A stretch of DNA of 63,340 nt, filler included, from Octopus bimaculoides (Eukaryota), in the NCBI RefSeq assembly GCF_001194135.2. It is 8 parts of 8 records of this genome, joined end to end, with 100 filler letters (N's around TTAATTAATTAA, not from the genome) between each part and the next. Parts side by side here need not be neighbours in the genome. Positions count along the whole stretch, not along the records: positions 1 to 14,640 come from NC_068987.1; 7 more parts are not named here. One strand, written 5' to 3'. Below the pieces are notes generated by a model, which saw nothing but the letters and a program-made list of their open reading frames with translations, ran no database searches and was not told where the DNA came from. Position 1 is the stretch's first letter. Each line of letters starts with the position of its first letter. This document shows positions 1-12,639 of the stretch, piece after piece. Made by a program: the position numbers and the translations under genes.

Positions 1-4
1 ATAT

Positions 5-369
5 AGGCGTAGGAGTGGCTGTGTGGTAAGTAGCTTGCTTACCAATGACATGGTTCCGGGTTCAGTCCCACTGCGTGGCACCTTGGGCAAGTGTCTTCTG
101 CTATAGCCTCGAGCCGACCAAAGCCTTGTGAGTGGATTTGGTAGACGGAAACTGAAAGAAGCCTGTCGTATATATGTATGTATATATGTATGCGTGTGTA
201 TATGTTGTGTATCTGTGTTGGTCCCCCACCCCACCCCAAACATCGCTTGACAAAAGAGACCGATAGAATAAGTACTAGGCTTACAAAGAATAAGTCCTGG
301 GGTCGATTTTATTCGACTAAAAGCGGTGCTCCAGCATGGCCGCAGTCAAATGAATGAAACAAGTAAAAG
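5..369 (+). mobile_element. tRNA-derived SINE, family A (internally deleted)
   Basis: A-box-like TGGCTGTGTGGTAAG, B-box-like GGTTCAGTCCC, CORE-like CCTTGGGCAAGTG, internal (TA)/(TG) run, tail ACAAGTAAAAG; more than 10 copies in the window. Confidence 0.85.
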
Positions 370-928
370 TATATATATATAACGCACAGTATATATATAT
401 TACGCACACAGCATAAACAACTGCGGATACACATTCCTGCTTCTTCTATCCCCTCCCTCTATCTGTCTGTTTCTCTTTCTTTCTCTCTCTCTCTCTCTTT
501 CTCTCTCCCTAATCTCTCAGTGAAATCTTCAACACTTAAGAACTTCTTAAGTGTTTCTGTTACTTTTTGTTTTGTTAAGCAACAAAGTGAACGAAGACCC
601 CCAGCATCAACAACCAGTTTTTAAAAAAACCCTTTTTTTCTTAACTCAACTCTATATTATTCAAGCAATCTTTAACTAACCAAGTCGTCTGAAATTTTGT
701 AAGTAGATGATACAAGAAGCACATCGTCTGGACGAATGCGGAATCGTCTACTCAGTCTGCTAAAAATAATACTGTGAATACTCGGATTCTCGAAGCACTC
801 TGGAGAAAAAAGTCGCATGCGGTCACAGTCCGAAACCGTGATCACAGGTCCGTTGGATAAGAGCTAACCTGCAGCTATACAGCACACGGAGACTATCGAT
901 ATCGTAGCCGTAGTCGTTTTCATTTTGT

Positions 929-948
929 CATCATCATCATCATCGTCG

Positions 949-980
<32 letters not shown>

Positions 981-1057
981 TCATCATCATCTCATCATCA
1001 GCATCATCATCATCAAGACGGAAAAACTATATCTCCGTCGCCACTGTCGCTGTTACA

Positions 1058-1112
<55 letters not shown>

Positions 1113-1304
1113 GAGACTTCGTGCTTCGGACACTGATCGCTTTTAAGTGATTGCTGTGATAGTAACAGCAGAAATACTTACTTACTTTACTGTATTAAAC
1201 GGTAGCAACGACAGCGATCGCAGTTTGTTATATCATCAGCTCCGACAACGCCATCGATTGCCGTAGCAGCAAAAACACATCATCACCACACCATCGCCAC
1301 CACC

Positions 1305-1352
<48 letters not shown>
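929..1352. repeat. Cluster of trinucleotide microsatellites (CAT)n, (CTA)n, (CAC)n/(CAA)n
   Basis: Directly visible. Confidence 0.95.
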
Positions 1353-1354
<2 letters not shown>

Positions 1355-1483
1355 ACATTCCAGCAATTTATCTGTTGTTAACATCAGTGGCAGTTACATA
1401 GCAAGCCTGCTACCATCACCGTCGCTAGAACAGCATTAGCTCTGGTATTTCTTGCGTTTACTTCATTCATTGTATTGCTGCAG

Positions 1484-1574
1484 CAACGGCCCAAACGAGG
1501 TCGGGTGTCTAGCGAAATGTCTCTTAAAACTGACGACAGCGGTCTCACATGGAGGACAGCAGGTGGACAAACAG
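1484..1574 (+). CDS. Candidate early coding exon of a ceramide kinase-like gene (ATG at 1517)
   Basis: Pyrimidine tract + CAG at 1481-1483, donor ACAG|GTAGGT after 1574. MSLKTDDSGLTWRTAGGQT + G (phase 1) splices in frame to exon 12640-13050. Confidence 0.45.
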
Positions 1575-2727
1575 GTAGGTACTTTCAGCATTGGCTTCTA
1601 CTGGGATATTTTCACACCTATCACTCCCTAAGTACTACCACCATTACCGTAACCATAACATAAAACTTGGGGTACTAACTATACCCCTCTAATCACTACT
1701 AATGCTGTATTGTCATATTTAAACCTGGACTAACCACAAAAAATATAAGGGAGACACGTCCGAGAATCACCCTGCTCATATATTATATTTTATTTTCATT
1801 TATTTTATATATCGTTTAATGTGCAGGGTGGGAGGAAGTTTAAAATGTTGTTTTGTTAAAAAAAAAAAAAAACAGAGATCTTCGTTATTAAAAACGAAGG
1901 AATCCGAAGAAATATTTCAGAGAAAAAGAAAGTAAGAAACTATAGGTGGGGGTGGGCTCTCTGACGTTTCGCTAAGTATTATCGAGTATTAATAGTGTGA
2001 GTTGTGTAATTTATCTTGAAGTTGGAAAGAAGGATTCTGCCCATAAGTCTTTCCAAATTATCCTTGAGTGAGAATCATAGATAGTTCAACCTCAATCGTT
2101 GAAATTAACTAATACCGTCTTAGGCAGCCCAGCCAGGAAAGGAATTCCAGTGGGTGGCATTTCTAGTGAAATGAAGGATTAGTGAGAAAAAAAAATGCTC
2201 GGTGGATGATGGAGTGAAAGGTTGGGGTGATGAATGTTGTAGTATAGTACAAAAATTCAGAGAAAATATTGGACATTGTTAGCAAAGGATAAATCTACCT
2301 TAATTAATATTACTTCCTTGCGTTTCTTATTTCTGTTGAGTTTAGTACATTGTACTTATTTCAACGTTCTCGGATGAAAGCAATAGTTGGCCCCAAATTG
2401 AACGCTGAACATGGAAGAGCAAAGCTAAATATTATAGGTTATTTAGTTTAAATACTACCAACATCTCGTTCATTTGACAAAATGAATATATGTATTCATT
2501 GACTCCCGAAATATAAAATGTCAAGCAGAATCTAGTGGGATTTAAACTCATAACAAAATGCCAACTAAATGCTAACAGCCTATTTCTTTTATTACAATAG
2601 CTTTTCATCCCTTTGAATAGGGAGCTAGTATAATTGTTAGTGCATCAAACAATCCCGGAGTTCAAATACTGCTGAGATCATATTTACATTTTTTTTTTTA
2701 TACCTTCTGTTTATTTTTCCACTATCA

Positions 2728-2960
2728 TCATTATCGTCGTTTTAACTTCTCCAGGCTTGCATGGGTCAGACGGATTACGTTGAGGCAGATTTTCTACGTC
2801 CAGATGTCCTTCTTGTCGTCCACCTCACCTCTTTTCAGGCCAGGGTATATTTCCCCATAGCCGGGTATATTTTGTGGAAGATTGGAAACAAAGGATACCA
2901 CTTGTAAGACAGTGACACAAGTTTACAAATATAATACGTAGTCTAAACAAGGAGGCATCC
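2728..2960 (-). mobile_element. Degenerate SINE family E (RTE-like ends)
   Basis: Similar to the reverse complement of 35400-35575 (GGCATCCAGCC.TAGAA module, GAT tail). Confidence 0.55.
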
Positions 2961-3033
2961 AAACACCACCACCCCACATATGCAGACACACACATACACT
3001 CAAACATACATACATAAATAAATACGTACAGGG

Positions 3034-3192
3034 TAGGCTTCGTTCAGTTTCCGTCTACCAAAATCCACCCACAATTCTTTGGTCAACCTGTCTATAATAA
3101 AAGACATTTACCGAAGGTATCATGCAGTGGAACTGAGCCTGAAACCACTTGATTAGGAAGCAAACTTCTTAACCACGCAGCCATTCCTGCAC
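3034..3192 (-). mobile_element. SINE family A, 5' half, degenerate
   Basis: Reverse complement of the head/CORE region of 5-170. Confidence 0.75.
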
Positions 3193-3869
3193 CAGAGTTG
3201 ATAAAATGAAAGAACCAATCTGGAACAGTGGACTGGAGGAATTGTCAGAGTTAGGGCAAAAAAAGAAAACTCTTTGGTATTTGTTCTGATACTTTATGTT
3301 CTAAGTTCACTTCTTGGTTCAATAAAAAAAAGGTATAAGTCAGCGTACTAGGGTCAGCTCTCATTCCCACCAGGTGTGATTCCTCTGAGACAAGGTTGCT
3401 AGAATTGAGAGTGTTTGTGTCTGCTCAAAACTACATGGACACCTAAAACAAGAGCTCAGTCATATTCAGATGGAAATAACAGCTGTGCTTATGCATGCAT
3501 ACATACATAAATACAAACATGCATACATGCATACACACACATACATTCATAACACATACATACATACATATATACATACATACATACATACATGCATACA
3601 TAGATAAACAGGAATAACTACAGATTTCGGCCAAACTCCAGTGTTTAACCCAAGCAAAAAAAAAATAGTGCAAAAGGTGTAAAACAATATGTAGTAATTT
3701 TGTATGTGTATTTCGTGTGCAAGATTCTTGATGTGGATACGTGTGTTGAAAGAAATACAATTAAATCAAAATAAATGGAAGTGAAAAAAACTAAATACTG
3801 TTTATAAATTAATTAAGGACTGAACCAGTGCGTGTGTTTATTACCGGCATAATGCCTCTCCCAAGGTTT

Positions 3870-4013
3870 AATAATATGTAGTAAACGAATATGAAAATAA
3901 AAATGCGCGCTGGCGAACGGGGCGCGGGAGAGGACTCAGAGGACTCAGAAAATTCCCATCGGGAATTCGTCGGCGAATTTTTTTTTCTTCATATTCGTTT
4001 GCTACACATTATT
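3870..4013. mobile_element. Small MITE-like element
   Basis: 26-bp terminal inverted repeats AATAATATGTAGTAAACGAATATGAA, 24/26 match. Confidence 0.6.
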
Positions 4014-4735
4014 TTACACCAAGTACNNNNNNNNNNNNNNNNNNNNNNNNNNNNNNNNNNNNNNNNNNNNNNNNNNNNNNNNNNNNNNNNNNNNNNNNNN
4101 NNNNNNNNNNNNNNNNNNNNNNNNNNNNNNNNNNNNNNNNNNNNNNNNNNNNNNNNNNNNNNNNNNNNNNNNNNNNNNNNNNNNNNNNNNNNNNNNNNNN
4201 NNNNNNNNNNNNNNNNNNNNNNNNNNNNNNNNNNNNNNNNNNNNNNNNNNNNNNNNNNNNNNNNNNNNNNNNNNNNNNNNNNNNNNNNNNNNNNNNNNNN
4301 NNNNNNNNNNNNNNNNNNNNNNNNNNNNNNNNNNNNNNNNNNNNNNNNNNNNNNNNNNNNNNNNNNNNNNNNNNNNNNNNNNNNNNNNNNNNNNNNNNNN
4401 NNNNNNNNNNNNNNNNNNNNNNNNNNNNNNNNNNNNNNNNNNNNNNNNNNNNNNNNNNNNNNNNNNNNNNNNNNNNNNNNNNNNNNNNNNNNNNNNNNNN
4501 NNNNNNNNNNNNNNNNNNNNNNNNNNNNNNNNNNNNNNNNNNNNNNNNNNNNNNNNNNNNNNNNNNNNNNNNNNNNNNNNNNNNNNNNNNNNNNNNNNNN
4601 NNNNNNNNNNNNNNNNNNNNNNNNNNNNNNNNNNNNNNNNNNNNNNNNNNNNNNNNNNNNNNNNNNNNNNNNNNNNNNNNNNNNNNNNNNNNNNNNNNNN
4701 NNNNNNNNNNNTACCTATTGCCCTGGAGTTTGACT

Positions 4736-5114
4736 CAGATTTCTGCACCCCACCACACGACTTTGGATGATCATAACTTTCAGAAAAATGTATATTTTTT
4801 TAATGAAATTTTCTATGAATATGTGTTATATCATGTAGATTCCGAATATACAAAATTTAAGGGGAAAAGTGTTTTAGGAGGGGTAGCATGGAGAATTTTG
4901 GAAAATTCACTGGAGTCCAATTCGTCTTAACTTTCAAGAAAATGGATATTTTTTAATGAAATTCTCTACAAATATACCTCGGACTATGTAGATTCCGAGG
5001 ACATAGGAATTTTGTGGGAAAACAATTGGGGGTTATTTTTGAGAACCGTTCCCCACTCAGGGGTGTCGTCCATATTTGTGTCATTTGTGCGTTTGTGCAT
5101 CCGTAGATTTCTAC
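4736..5114 (+). repeat. Dispersed repeat X (likely non-autonomous DNA/rolling-circle element)
   Basis: Second copy at 23161-23549; internal duplicated subunit AACTTTCA..AAATGGATATTTTTTAATGAAATT. Confidence 0.75.
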
Positions 5115-5209
5115 TGAAGCAACAAACAAGCAATGAAGGCAAATGAAGCCATCACCAGAAAAGTAAACTCGTTATGCTAAAAATAACAGCTAAATGTCTG
5201 GTACACAGA

Positions 5210-5395
5210 AATATGCTATTAAGACGACTTATCTGTTGCATACGATTTTTTTTTTTTTTCACTTTAAGTAAATTCCCAGATAAACGTTTCTAATAGAAAG
5301 GCAGAAGACACCAGAAGCAAAAATAAGGAATATACACGCACAGTTAAATATAGAAGTGTAAAGTACAATTTGTTACATAATCTCTATAATAAACA
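5210..5395 (+). repeat. Dispersed repeat Y, interrupted by an RTE fragment
   Basis: Reverse-complement copy at 23604-23787. Confidence 0.75.
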
Positions 5396-5730
5396 GGAGG
5401 GATATGAAGGCACTTGGTATCAACACCAATTCCTGAGAGGATCTCGCAGCTGACCGAACCAGCTGGAGAGGCACTCTTCACAAACAACTGCAGACCGGCG
5501 AAGAGAATTTGAGGGTGGCGACAACTGAAAACCGAGCCCGCAGAAAAGAAATGACAGCCAACAGACCGGATTCAACGTATAGGTGTGACCTCTGCAAACG
5601 AGACTGCCACTCTCGCATCGGTCTCTACAGCCACAGGAGGCGTTGCAGAAACTGAATAGACAACTCAACGGGCGAATGACATCATCCATGGTCAGCCATG
5701 ACCGACGGAGGCCTAAAAGAAAAGAAAAAT
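5396..5730 (+). mobile_element. RTE-clade LINE 3' fragment
   Basis: Unlisted frame RRDMKALGINTNS*EDLAADRTSWRGTLHK...YRCDLCKRDCHSRIGLYSHRRRCRN is a typical RTE C-terminus; (AAAAG) tail. Confidence 0.85.
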
Positions 5731-5910
5731 GAATATCTTCGAAACGCCTAGTTAGAATAGAGGCAGCTGATGAAGGAATAATTCCAAGTGGCTATCTGTT
5801 TTCCTATGTGTTCGTTCCGTTGTCTGTAGTTCATTTTTCTAACGTCCTGTACCTTGATATGCATCTATATACACATGTAGATGTAAGTATGTACATATAT
5901 GTGTGTATAC

Positions 5911-5943
<33 letters not shown>

Positions 5944-6229
5944 NNNNNNNNNNNNNNNNNNNNNNNNNNNNNNNNNNNNNNNNNNNNNNNNNNNNNNNNN
6001 NNNNNNNNNNNNNNNNNNNNNNNNNNNNNNNNNNNNNNNNNNNNNNNNNNNNNNNNNNNNNNNNNNNNNNNNNNNNNNNNNNNNNNNNNNNNNNNNNNNN
6101 NNNNNNNNNNNNNNNNNNNNNNNNNNNNNNNNNNNNNNNNNNNNNNNNNNNNNNNNNNNNNNNNNNNNNNNNNNNNNNNNNNNNNNNNNNNNNNNNNNNN
6201 NNNNNNNNNNNNNNNNNNNNNNNNNNNNN

Positions 6230-6290
<61 letters not shown>

Positions 6291-6303
6291 TGAGTGAAGA
6301 TTC

Positions 6304-6520
6304 ATGGCTCAGTGGTTAGAGTGTCAGGTGTACAATCGTGAGGTTATGAGTTTGAATCCCCAGACCAGACTGTGGTTGTAATCTTGAGCAAGACACTTTA
6401 TTTCACATTGCTCCAGTTCACTCTGCTTTAGAAATGAGTTGCAAAATCATTGGTGCCAAGCTGTACCAGCCTTTGCCCTTCCTTTGGACAACATCGGTGA
6501 CATGGAGAAGGGACACTGGT
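6304..6520 (+). mobile_element. tRNA-derived SINE family C
   Basis: TGGCTCAGTGGTTAG head, CTTGAGCAAGACACTTTATTTCAC CORE-like block; copies at 41205 and 60316. Confidence 0.75.
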
Positions 6521-6848
6521 CTGACAGGAACTGGCAAGTCAGGAGATGGTACCAATCCATGGTGTCTGCTTTGGCATGGTTTCTATGGATGGATGCCCTC
6601 TCTAATAATGGGTGCTTTTTATGTGGCATCAGTAGCAGTGAGGCCATCAAGTAACTTGCAAGACAAGACCCCCTCAACTGAGTGGTGGTTGAGAAGTGGG
6701 GAAGTAGTATTGAGTGGGGTGACTTTGTAGAGGATATACATAGCTACCCCAGCTGAAAAGAGAGAGAGAGAGAGGGAGAGAGAGAGGGAGAGAGGGGGAG
6801 AGAGAGAGAAAGAAAGGAACAGTTTCTTGATTTGTACTCTGTGATATA

Positions 6849-7059
6849 CAGGATGTCCACAAAGTCTGGGTATATGGAGTAAATAAAATTGTAATATAAA
6901 CAATTAGATATAAGAAATAATAATTTCTTAAAGTATGTGTTAATCCCCATGTGGGTACATGAAGTAAATAAAACCACAACATAAGCAATTAAATTTAAGA
7001 AATTATAATTTCTTAAAGTATGTGTTAATCCCATTTACCCAGACTTTGTGGACACCCTG
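6849..7059. mobile_element. Tc1/mariner-type MITE
   Basis: TA flanks at 6847-48 and 7060-61; 24-bp TIR CAGGATGTCCACAAAGTCTGGGTA / TACCCAGACTTTGTGGACACCCTG; internal ~85-bp tandem duplication. Confidence 0.85.
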
Positions 7060-7123
7060 TACATATCGGCATGGTTATGGTGTAGTTCTGTGTGTGTTTG
7101 TGTCTGTGTATGTGTCTGCATGT

Positions 7124-7500
7124 GGAGGCGCAATGGCCCAGTGGTTAGGATAGCGGACTCGCGGTCATAGGATCGCAGTTTCGATTCCCAGCGGGCGTTG
7201 TGAGTGTTTATTGAGTGAAAACACCTAAAGCTCCACGAGGCTCCGGCAGGGGATGGTGGCGAACCCTGCTGTACTCTTTCACCACAACTTTCTCTCACTC
7301 TTACTTCCTGTTTCTGTTGTGCCTGTAATTCAAAGGGTCAGCCTTGTCACACTGTGTCATGCTGAATATCCCCGAGAACTACGTTAAGGGTACACATGTC
7401 TGTGGAGTGCTCAGCCACTTGTACGTTAATTTCACGAGCAGGCTGTTACGTTGATCGAATCAACTGGAACCCTCGACGTCGTAAGCAACGGAGTGCCAAC
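7124..7500 (+). mobile_element. tRNA(Arg)-like SINE family B, full length
   Basis: Head GGAGGCGCAATGGCCCAGTGGTTAGG...GTTTCGATTCCC; near-identical copy at 52717-53100. Confidence 0.85.
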
Positions 7501-7687
7501 ATGTGTCTGCATATGTATGTATGCATATTGGTGAAGGCACTTAGCTTAGTGATTTGGGTCATGATCATAAGGTCCAGGGGCATATATTCTGGGTGTGCTA
7601 GGTGTGTGCTGCACACCCATTGAAAATGGTAAATTATTTATTTATAAATATTAATCTTACTCATTAATTTACTCTTTTAATCTTTTA

Positions 7688-7928
7688 CTCTTTTACTTGT
7701 TTCAGTCATTTGACTGTGGCCATGCTGGAGCACCGCCTTTAGTCAAGAAAATCGACCTCAGGACTTATTCTTTGTAAGCCTAGTACTTATACTATCGGTC
7801 TCTTTTTGCTGAACCGCTAAGGTACAGGGACGTAAACACACCTGCATCGGTTGTCAAGCAATGGTGGGGGGACAAACACANNNNNNNNNNNNNNNNNNNN
7901 NNNNNNNNNNNNNNNNNNNNNNNNNNNN

Positions 7929-7962
<34 letters not shown>

Positions 7963-8136
7963 CATATATACGACGGGCTTCTTTCAGTTTCCGTCTACCA
8001 GATCCACTCACAAGGCTTTGGTCGGCCCAAGGCTATAGTAGAAGACACTTGCCCAAGGTGCCACGCAATGGGACTGAACCCGCAACCATGTGGTTGGTAA
8101 GCAAGCTACTTACCACACAGCCACTCCTGCGCCTAT
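7688..8136 (-). mobile_element. SINE family A
   Basis: Full head-to-tail match on minus strand, N gap in the internal microsatellite. Confidence 0.85.
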
Positions 8137-8194
8137 CTAATCATAAAGCTTAATGGAAAGCTTTTGTTATACCACTGCTTGAAATTTGGTGGCG

Positions 8195-8458
8195 TATGGT
8201 GGTTACGCCACCATACACCACTCATAAGGTCATGAATTCAATTTCTGGCAACACGTTGTGTCCTTGAGCAAGACACTTTATTTCACACTGCTCCAGTCCA
8301 CTCAAATGGCAAAAATGTATCGTACCTGTATTTCAAAAGGTCAGCATTGTCACATTGTGTGTCATGCTGAATCTCCCCATGAGCTATGTTAAGGATATGC
8401 ATGTCTGTGGAGTACTCAGCCACTTGTATGTTAATTTCACAAGCAGGCTGTTCTGTTG
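8195..8458 (+). mobile_element. Hybrid SINE: family C 5' half + family B 3' half
   Basis: CCTTGAGCAAGACACTTTATTTCAC followed by the GGTCAGC.TTGTCACA...GCAGGCTGTT tail seen at 7336-7447. Confidence 0.65.
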
Positions 8459-8509
8459 TATGTACATAAATTTCTTAGTGCCATTTCATTTGAATTTTCT
8501 CATTTATTT

Positions 8510-8886
8510 TCTCTTTTACTAGTTTCAGTTATTTGACTCCAGCCATGCTGGAGCACGGCCTTTAGTCAAGCAAATCGACCCCAGGACTTATTCTTAGGAT
8601 GCCTAGTACTTATTCTATCGGTTACTTTTGCCGAACCGCTAAGTTACGGGGACATAAACACACCAGCATCGGGTGTCAAGTGATGTTGGGGGGACAAACA
8701 CAGACACACACATACATATATATACATATATATGACAGGCTTCTTTCAGTTTCCATCTACCAAATCCACTCACAAGGCTTTGGTCGGCCCGAGGCTATAG
8801 TAGAAGACACTTGCCCAAGATGCCACACAGTGGGAATGAACCCGAAACCATGTGGTTGGTAAGCAAGCTACTTACCACACAGCCAC
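8510..8886 (-). mobile_element. SINE family A
   Basis: Full-length match on minus strand. Confidence 0.85.
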
Positions 8887-9369
8887 TGTTATTGACTTAA
8901 CCATTTGAGCTGTCCAAAATTCCTGTTTACCTCAATAAAATGAAATAGTTTTAAAGTTGGCCATATTTCAAGAATTTGAACAGCTTTGTTGGTAAATCAG
9001 TGATAGACAGTTGGCTGTTGTAAGTTCAGGACTTGTCAGTTTTGACATACAGAAGTCAAATCATCAAAAGGTCACAAACAGTAAACTATGGTCCTGTGTC
9101 TTAATATGTTGCTTCAATCCAAAACTATTCAACTATTCCTTCACTTTGTCATTAGCTGAAAATGCATATGATAGTTGCAGGTATGGTATAAATGCAAGCA
9201 TGATGATGTGGTTAAGAAGTTTGCTTTTCAACTGCATAGTTTTCAGTTCAGTCCCACTGTACAGTAGCTTGGTTCTTCTACTGTAGGCTTGACCAGATCA
9301 AAGCCTTGTGAGTAGATGTGGTAAACAGAAACTGACAGACCATTTTGTGTGTGTGTGTGTGTGTGTGTG

Positions 9370-9376
9370 TAGATAG

Positions 9377-9425
<49 letters not shown>

Positions 9426-9486
9426 TATAGATAGATAGATAGATACATAGATAGATAGATATATAGATAGATAGATAGATAGATAC

Positions 9487-9534
<48 letters not shown>
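9370..9534. repeat. (GATA)n microsatellite inside a degenerate SINE A
   Basis: Directly visible. Confidence 0.95.
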
Positions 9535-9535
<1 letters not shown>

Positions 9536-10964
9536 ATAAATTAAGATTAATAGATAGCCATCTGTTCAATTTATGCTACGTATGTTTCATAGCATGGGAA
9601 CCATGGTCACTGAGATCCCCTCAAAGTGATAAATGAGTGATATATATATATGTGGTATAGATACAAACAGTGTGTGGGCAAGCCCATATGCACACATATA
9701 AACACATATAGACATGCGTACGCATGCACATACACACACATACACACACACACATACACACAGATACAGACACAAATGCATGTGCAGATAGGGATACACA
9801 TCATAGAAGGACAGAATGGACTAAGCAGAGTAGGAGGATATATGTGGATGGAAAGGGTCACTGAAGAGGTCACAGATGTGTGATGGAAAGTTTCTAGCCA
9901 ATGGACTAGTAGTAGTAGTAGTAGTAGTAGTAGTAGCAGTAGCAGCAGCAGCAGCAGCAGCAACAGCAGTTGGATATGGGTACCCTGAGCGAGTCTCCTC
10001 TACTTTATAAGTGTAGCGTATTATTGTGTGTGTGCATGGCTCTTTGTGTATGGTTTATAATCTTGCAATAATGAAGGGATGTATTTATATTTTTATTTTA
10101 CTTATGCAATTGTTTTAAACGTCCACTTATTACCAACTTATTTTATTTATCACATATGTGAATGCTTGTTTATACTTTAGCATGTTACGTAATTGTAAGA
10201 CCTTGAAAACAATTTGCAAACAATATTCTGTCTGCTTGTTTTTATTCTCTCTCTCTCTTCCCATTTTATTCCCCCAGCTTTCTCCCTCTCCCTGCCCTCT
10301 CTCCCTTCTCTCTCTATCTCTCTCTCTTTCCATTTCATTCTCCAGCTCTCTCCTTCTCTCTTCACTCTCTCCCCCTCTCTCTCTCTCTCTCTACCCCTTT
10401 CCCTCTCTGTCTCTGTTGTTGGTTTAATATGATATTCCTATGAGAAAGCATTTCCTCATTTTATCTTTTTTTTTTTTTTAATTCTAACAGAGACATATTC
10501 AAATTTGGTTAAGAATGTTGGAAATTAGACAGAAAATGTTTTGATATATCTTTAAAATATTTTCAGTTTCTGAGGAGCTCTAGAACAGGATGAAATCATA
10601 GTTTTTTTACTAAAGCAAAGAAATCTGCTAAACACACACACACACATTTACATATCACCTCATCCTGAATTTGATATTATGAAGTTCCAATATATTTACA
10701 GCCATCTCAGACACCATCCCCATAAGATCCTTAAGGAAACAATTTCATATGATTAGAGAGAAGAGAAATTATAGATGTTTCAAGGAGGACATTTGTAGGT
10801 CAGCAATAGCACACACCATGGGAAAGTAGTTTTAGCATCCCTAAGTTTGTCGGAGTACACATGTGGCCTACATTCCCAAATAATGTGGTAGTAAGCTTCT
10901 ATTAAAACCAATGAAGAAAAGCAGCAAAGAATGTCTAAAGCTACCATTCTACTTAATATTTGTT

Positions 10965-11172
10965 TCAAATTTTGCACAAGGCCAGCAAGTTCAGAAGAGG
11001 GTGTAAGTTGATTATATCAACCCCAGTGCTCAACTGGTACTTATTTTTTATTGACTTCAAGAGAATGAAAGGCAAAGTAGACCTTGGCAGAATTTGAACT
11101 CAGAACATAAAGACAGATAAAGTGCCTCTAAGCATTTCGTCCAGCATGCTAATGATTCTGCCAACTCATCAC
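10965..11172 (-). mobile_element. tRNA-derived SINE family D
   Basis: On minus: GAGTTGGCAGAATCATTAGC...TCTGAGTTCAAATTC...GGCCTTGTGC; more than 15 copies in the window. Confidence 0.8.
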
Positions 11173-11264
11173 CTTTCCATTCTGCTTAATATTGTACAAA
11201 GAACCCAAACCTAAACCCTGACACCAGGTTGCAAGTAGCAAAAGATGCAAAGTTTTGAAATTAT

Positions 11265-11520
11265 CATTATCATCACTTAACACCCATGTTCCATGGATTG
11301 GACAGTTTAACATGGATTGGCATGGATTACACAGTTTAACAGAATCCAGTGGACGTGAAGACTGTATTATGTTCTAATGTCTGCTTTGGCATGGTTTCTA
11401 TAGGAGGATACCCTTCCTATTGACAACCACTATCCAGTGTGTACCATGTATTTTTTCATAGCACCAACACTAGTGTGATTGCCATGAAACTTGCAAGACT
11501 AAAATCCCCTTCAGCTAAAT
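11265..11520 (-). mobile_element. SINE family E, degenerate
   Basis: Matches the reverse complement of 35280-35575. Confidence 0.55.
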
Positions 11521-11899
11521 ATGACTAGAGTAGAGAGGCAGGCAACTTTATGCCAGGATATGAGAGGTCAAGATATGAGAGAAAGGGCCAAGACAGAGCA
11601 AGTTTCTTTCTGTAGAGGGGCTACTCACATTATAGAAGAGAGAATTGGGGTGACTATGGCAGAGTTGGAAATAGATAAAAAAATTACAGTGATGAGGTGT
11701 AGAGAGTGGCTGTATAACTTTTAAGTTAAGAAGGATAGAAGTTCTCCATGGCAAAAAAATTTTCACATTTTAAAATGGCTAATGTAAATGTAATGGACCA
11801 ACTGGCAGAAAAGGGAAAAAAAGGATTTCCTCACCAACTGAAAGGAGATATGGTTCTGATAAAGATGCAACTAAACATTTACTCCAAACTCCTTCCATC

Positions 11900-12200
11900 T
11901 TTTTTCTCTGAGCACTATTCCTGGAAGGTGTCATGGCGGGTAGAATCCACAAGCACCTCCCCTGTAGAGTCCAATCAAAAACAACAGTCATTACACTTTC
12001 AGGCTGGATTCCCAAGCATGACCAACTGAGATTATGGATAGTACCCATCCATTTCATTCTTGGTCTACCCCTAGGTCTCCTGCCAGATGACTCAGCTTGA
12101 AAAATCTGTTTGTGATTCTTTCCTGGATATCTTATGGTTTTGTGGGTGATGGAGGCATTGACTTCTCTAGAAGAATTTAGGTTCTGTAAAAAAACTGGTA
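11900..12200 (-). mobile_element. RTE (Rex3/Expander-like) LINE 3' fragment
   Basis: SGRRPRGRPRMKWMGTIHNLSWSCLGIQPE...LWILPAMTP resembles the RTE C-terminal motif. Confidence 0.65.
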
Positions 12201-12639
12201 TTCAACAATGTGTTTGGTTTTATTCTCTTTAAATTCTTGCTATTTTAATATTGTACATTGGTTGTATAAATCTTCATAACCTGTGCTGTGTCTGGAAGCA
12301 GGGTCACCTTCTGGACAACCTTAGATTTTGAGTTGATCAAATAGTTACCAGTAATATACTGTGTAACATACTAGGATTGATTTACTTTCTCTCCAAATTA
12401 GTGACTTTACACTAAAGTTAGTATATTTCATCTGAAACCAATGAAGGAACCCCTATGTGATCACTCAGTTTGCTAGAAATAGCAGTTGAATCTTCAATAG
12501 CTTTCCGTTTGTAAAATAAAAATGGAATACATTGAACAATTTAGTACCTGCTATAAAAAAATGATATGATCATCATGGTTGACCCAGGGCTAAAAATCAG
12601 TTTTTGTCTGTCATTTTTCCTTTGTTTTCTCTTTTTCAG

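Noticed and set aside
5-75. tRNA genes at SINE heads (also 7124 and 52717)
   Set aside because: A/B boxes only, no full cloverleaf, and continuous with the SINE body.
39-239. Recurrent ...YQIHSQGFGRPEAIVEDTCPRCHAVG... peptide as a multigene family
   Set aside because: It is the antisense translation of SINE A.
710-860. Frame RILEALWRKKSHAVTV resembling the CERK extreme N-terminus
   Set aside because: No in-frame ATG, a stop just upstream, and a poor donor.
3891-4748. Long ORF-track entries here and at 5808, 13048, 21837, 25384, 39643, 54305 and 60809
   Set aside because: Read-through of N gaps and dinucleotide repeats.
5731-5790. GAAAC...CTGATGA in permuted order as a type II hammerhead
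   Set aside because: No UH triplet with separate stems I and III can be formed, and the local stem is followed by AAG rather than GAAA.
9855-9900. CTGAAGA-stem-GAAA hammerhead-like motif
   Set aside because: G-G mismatch at the base of stem II and no stem I.
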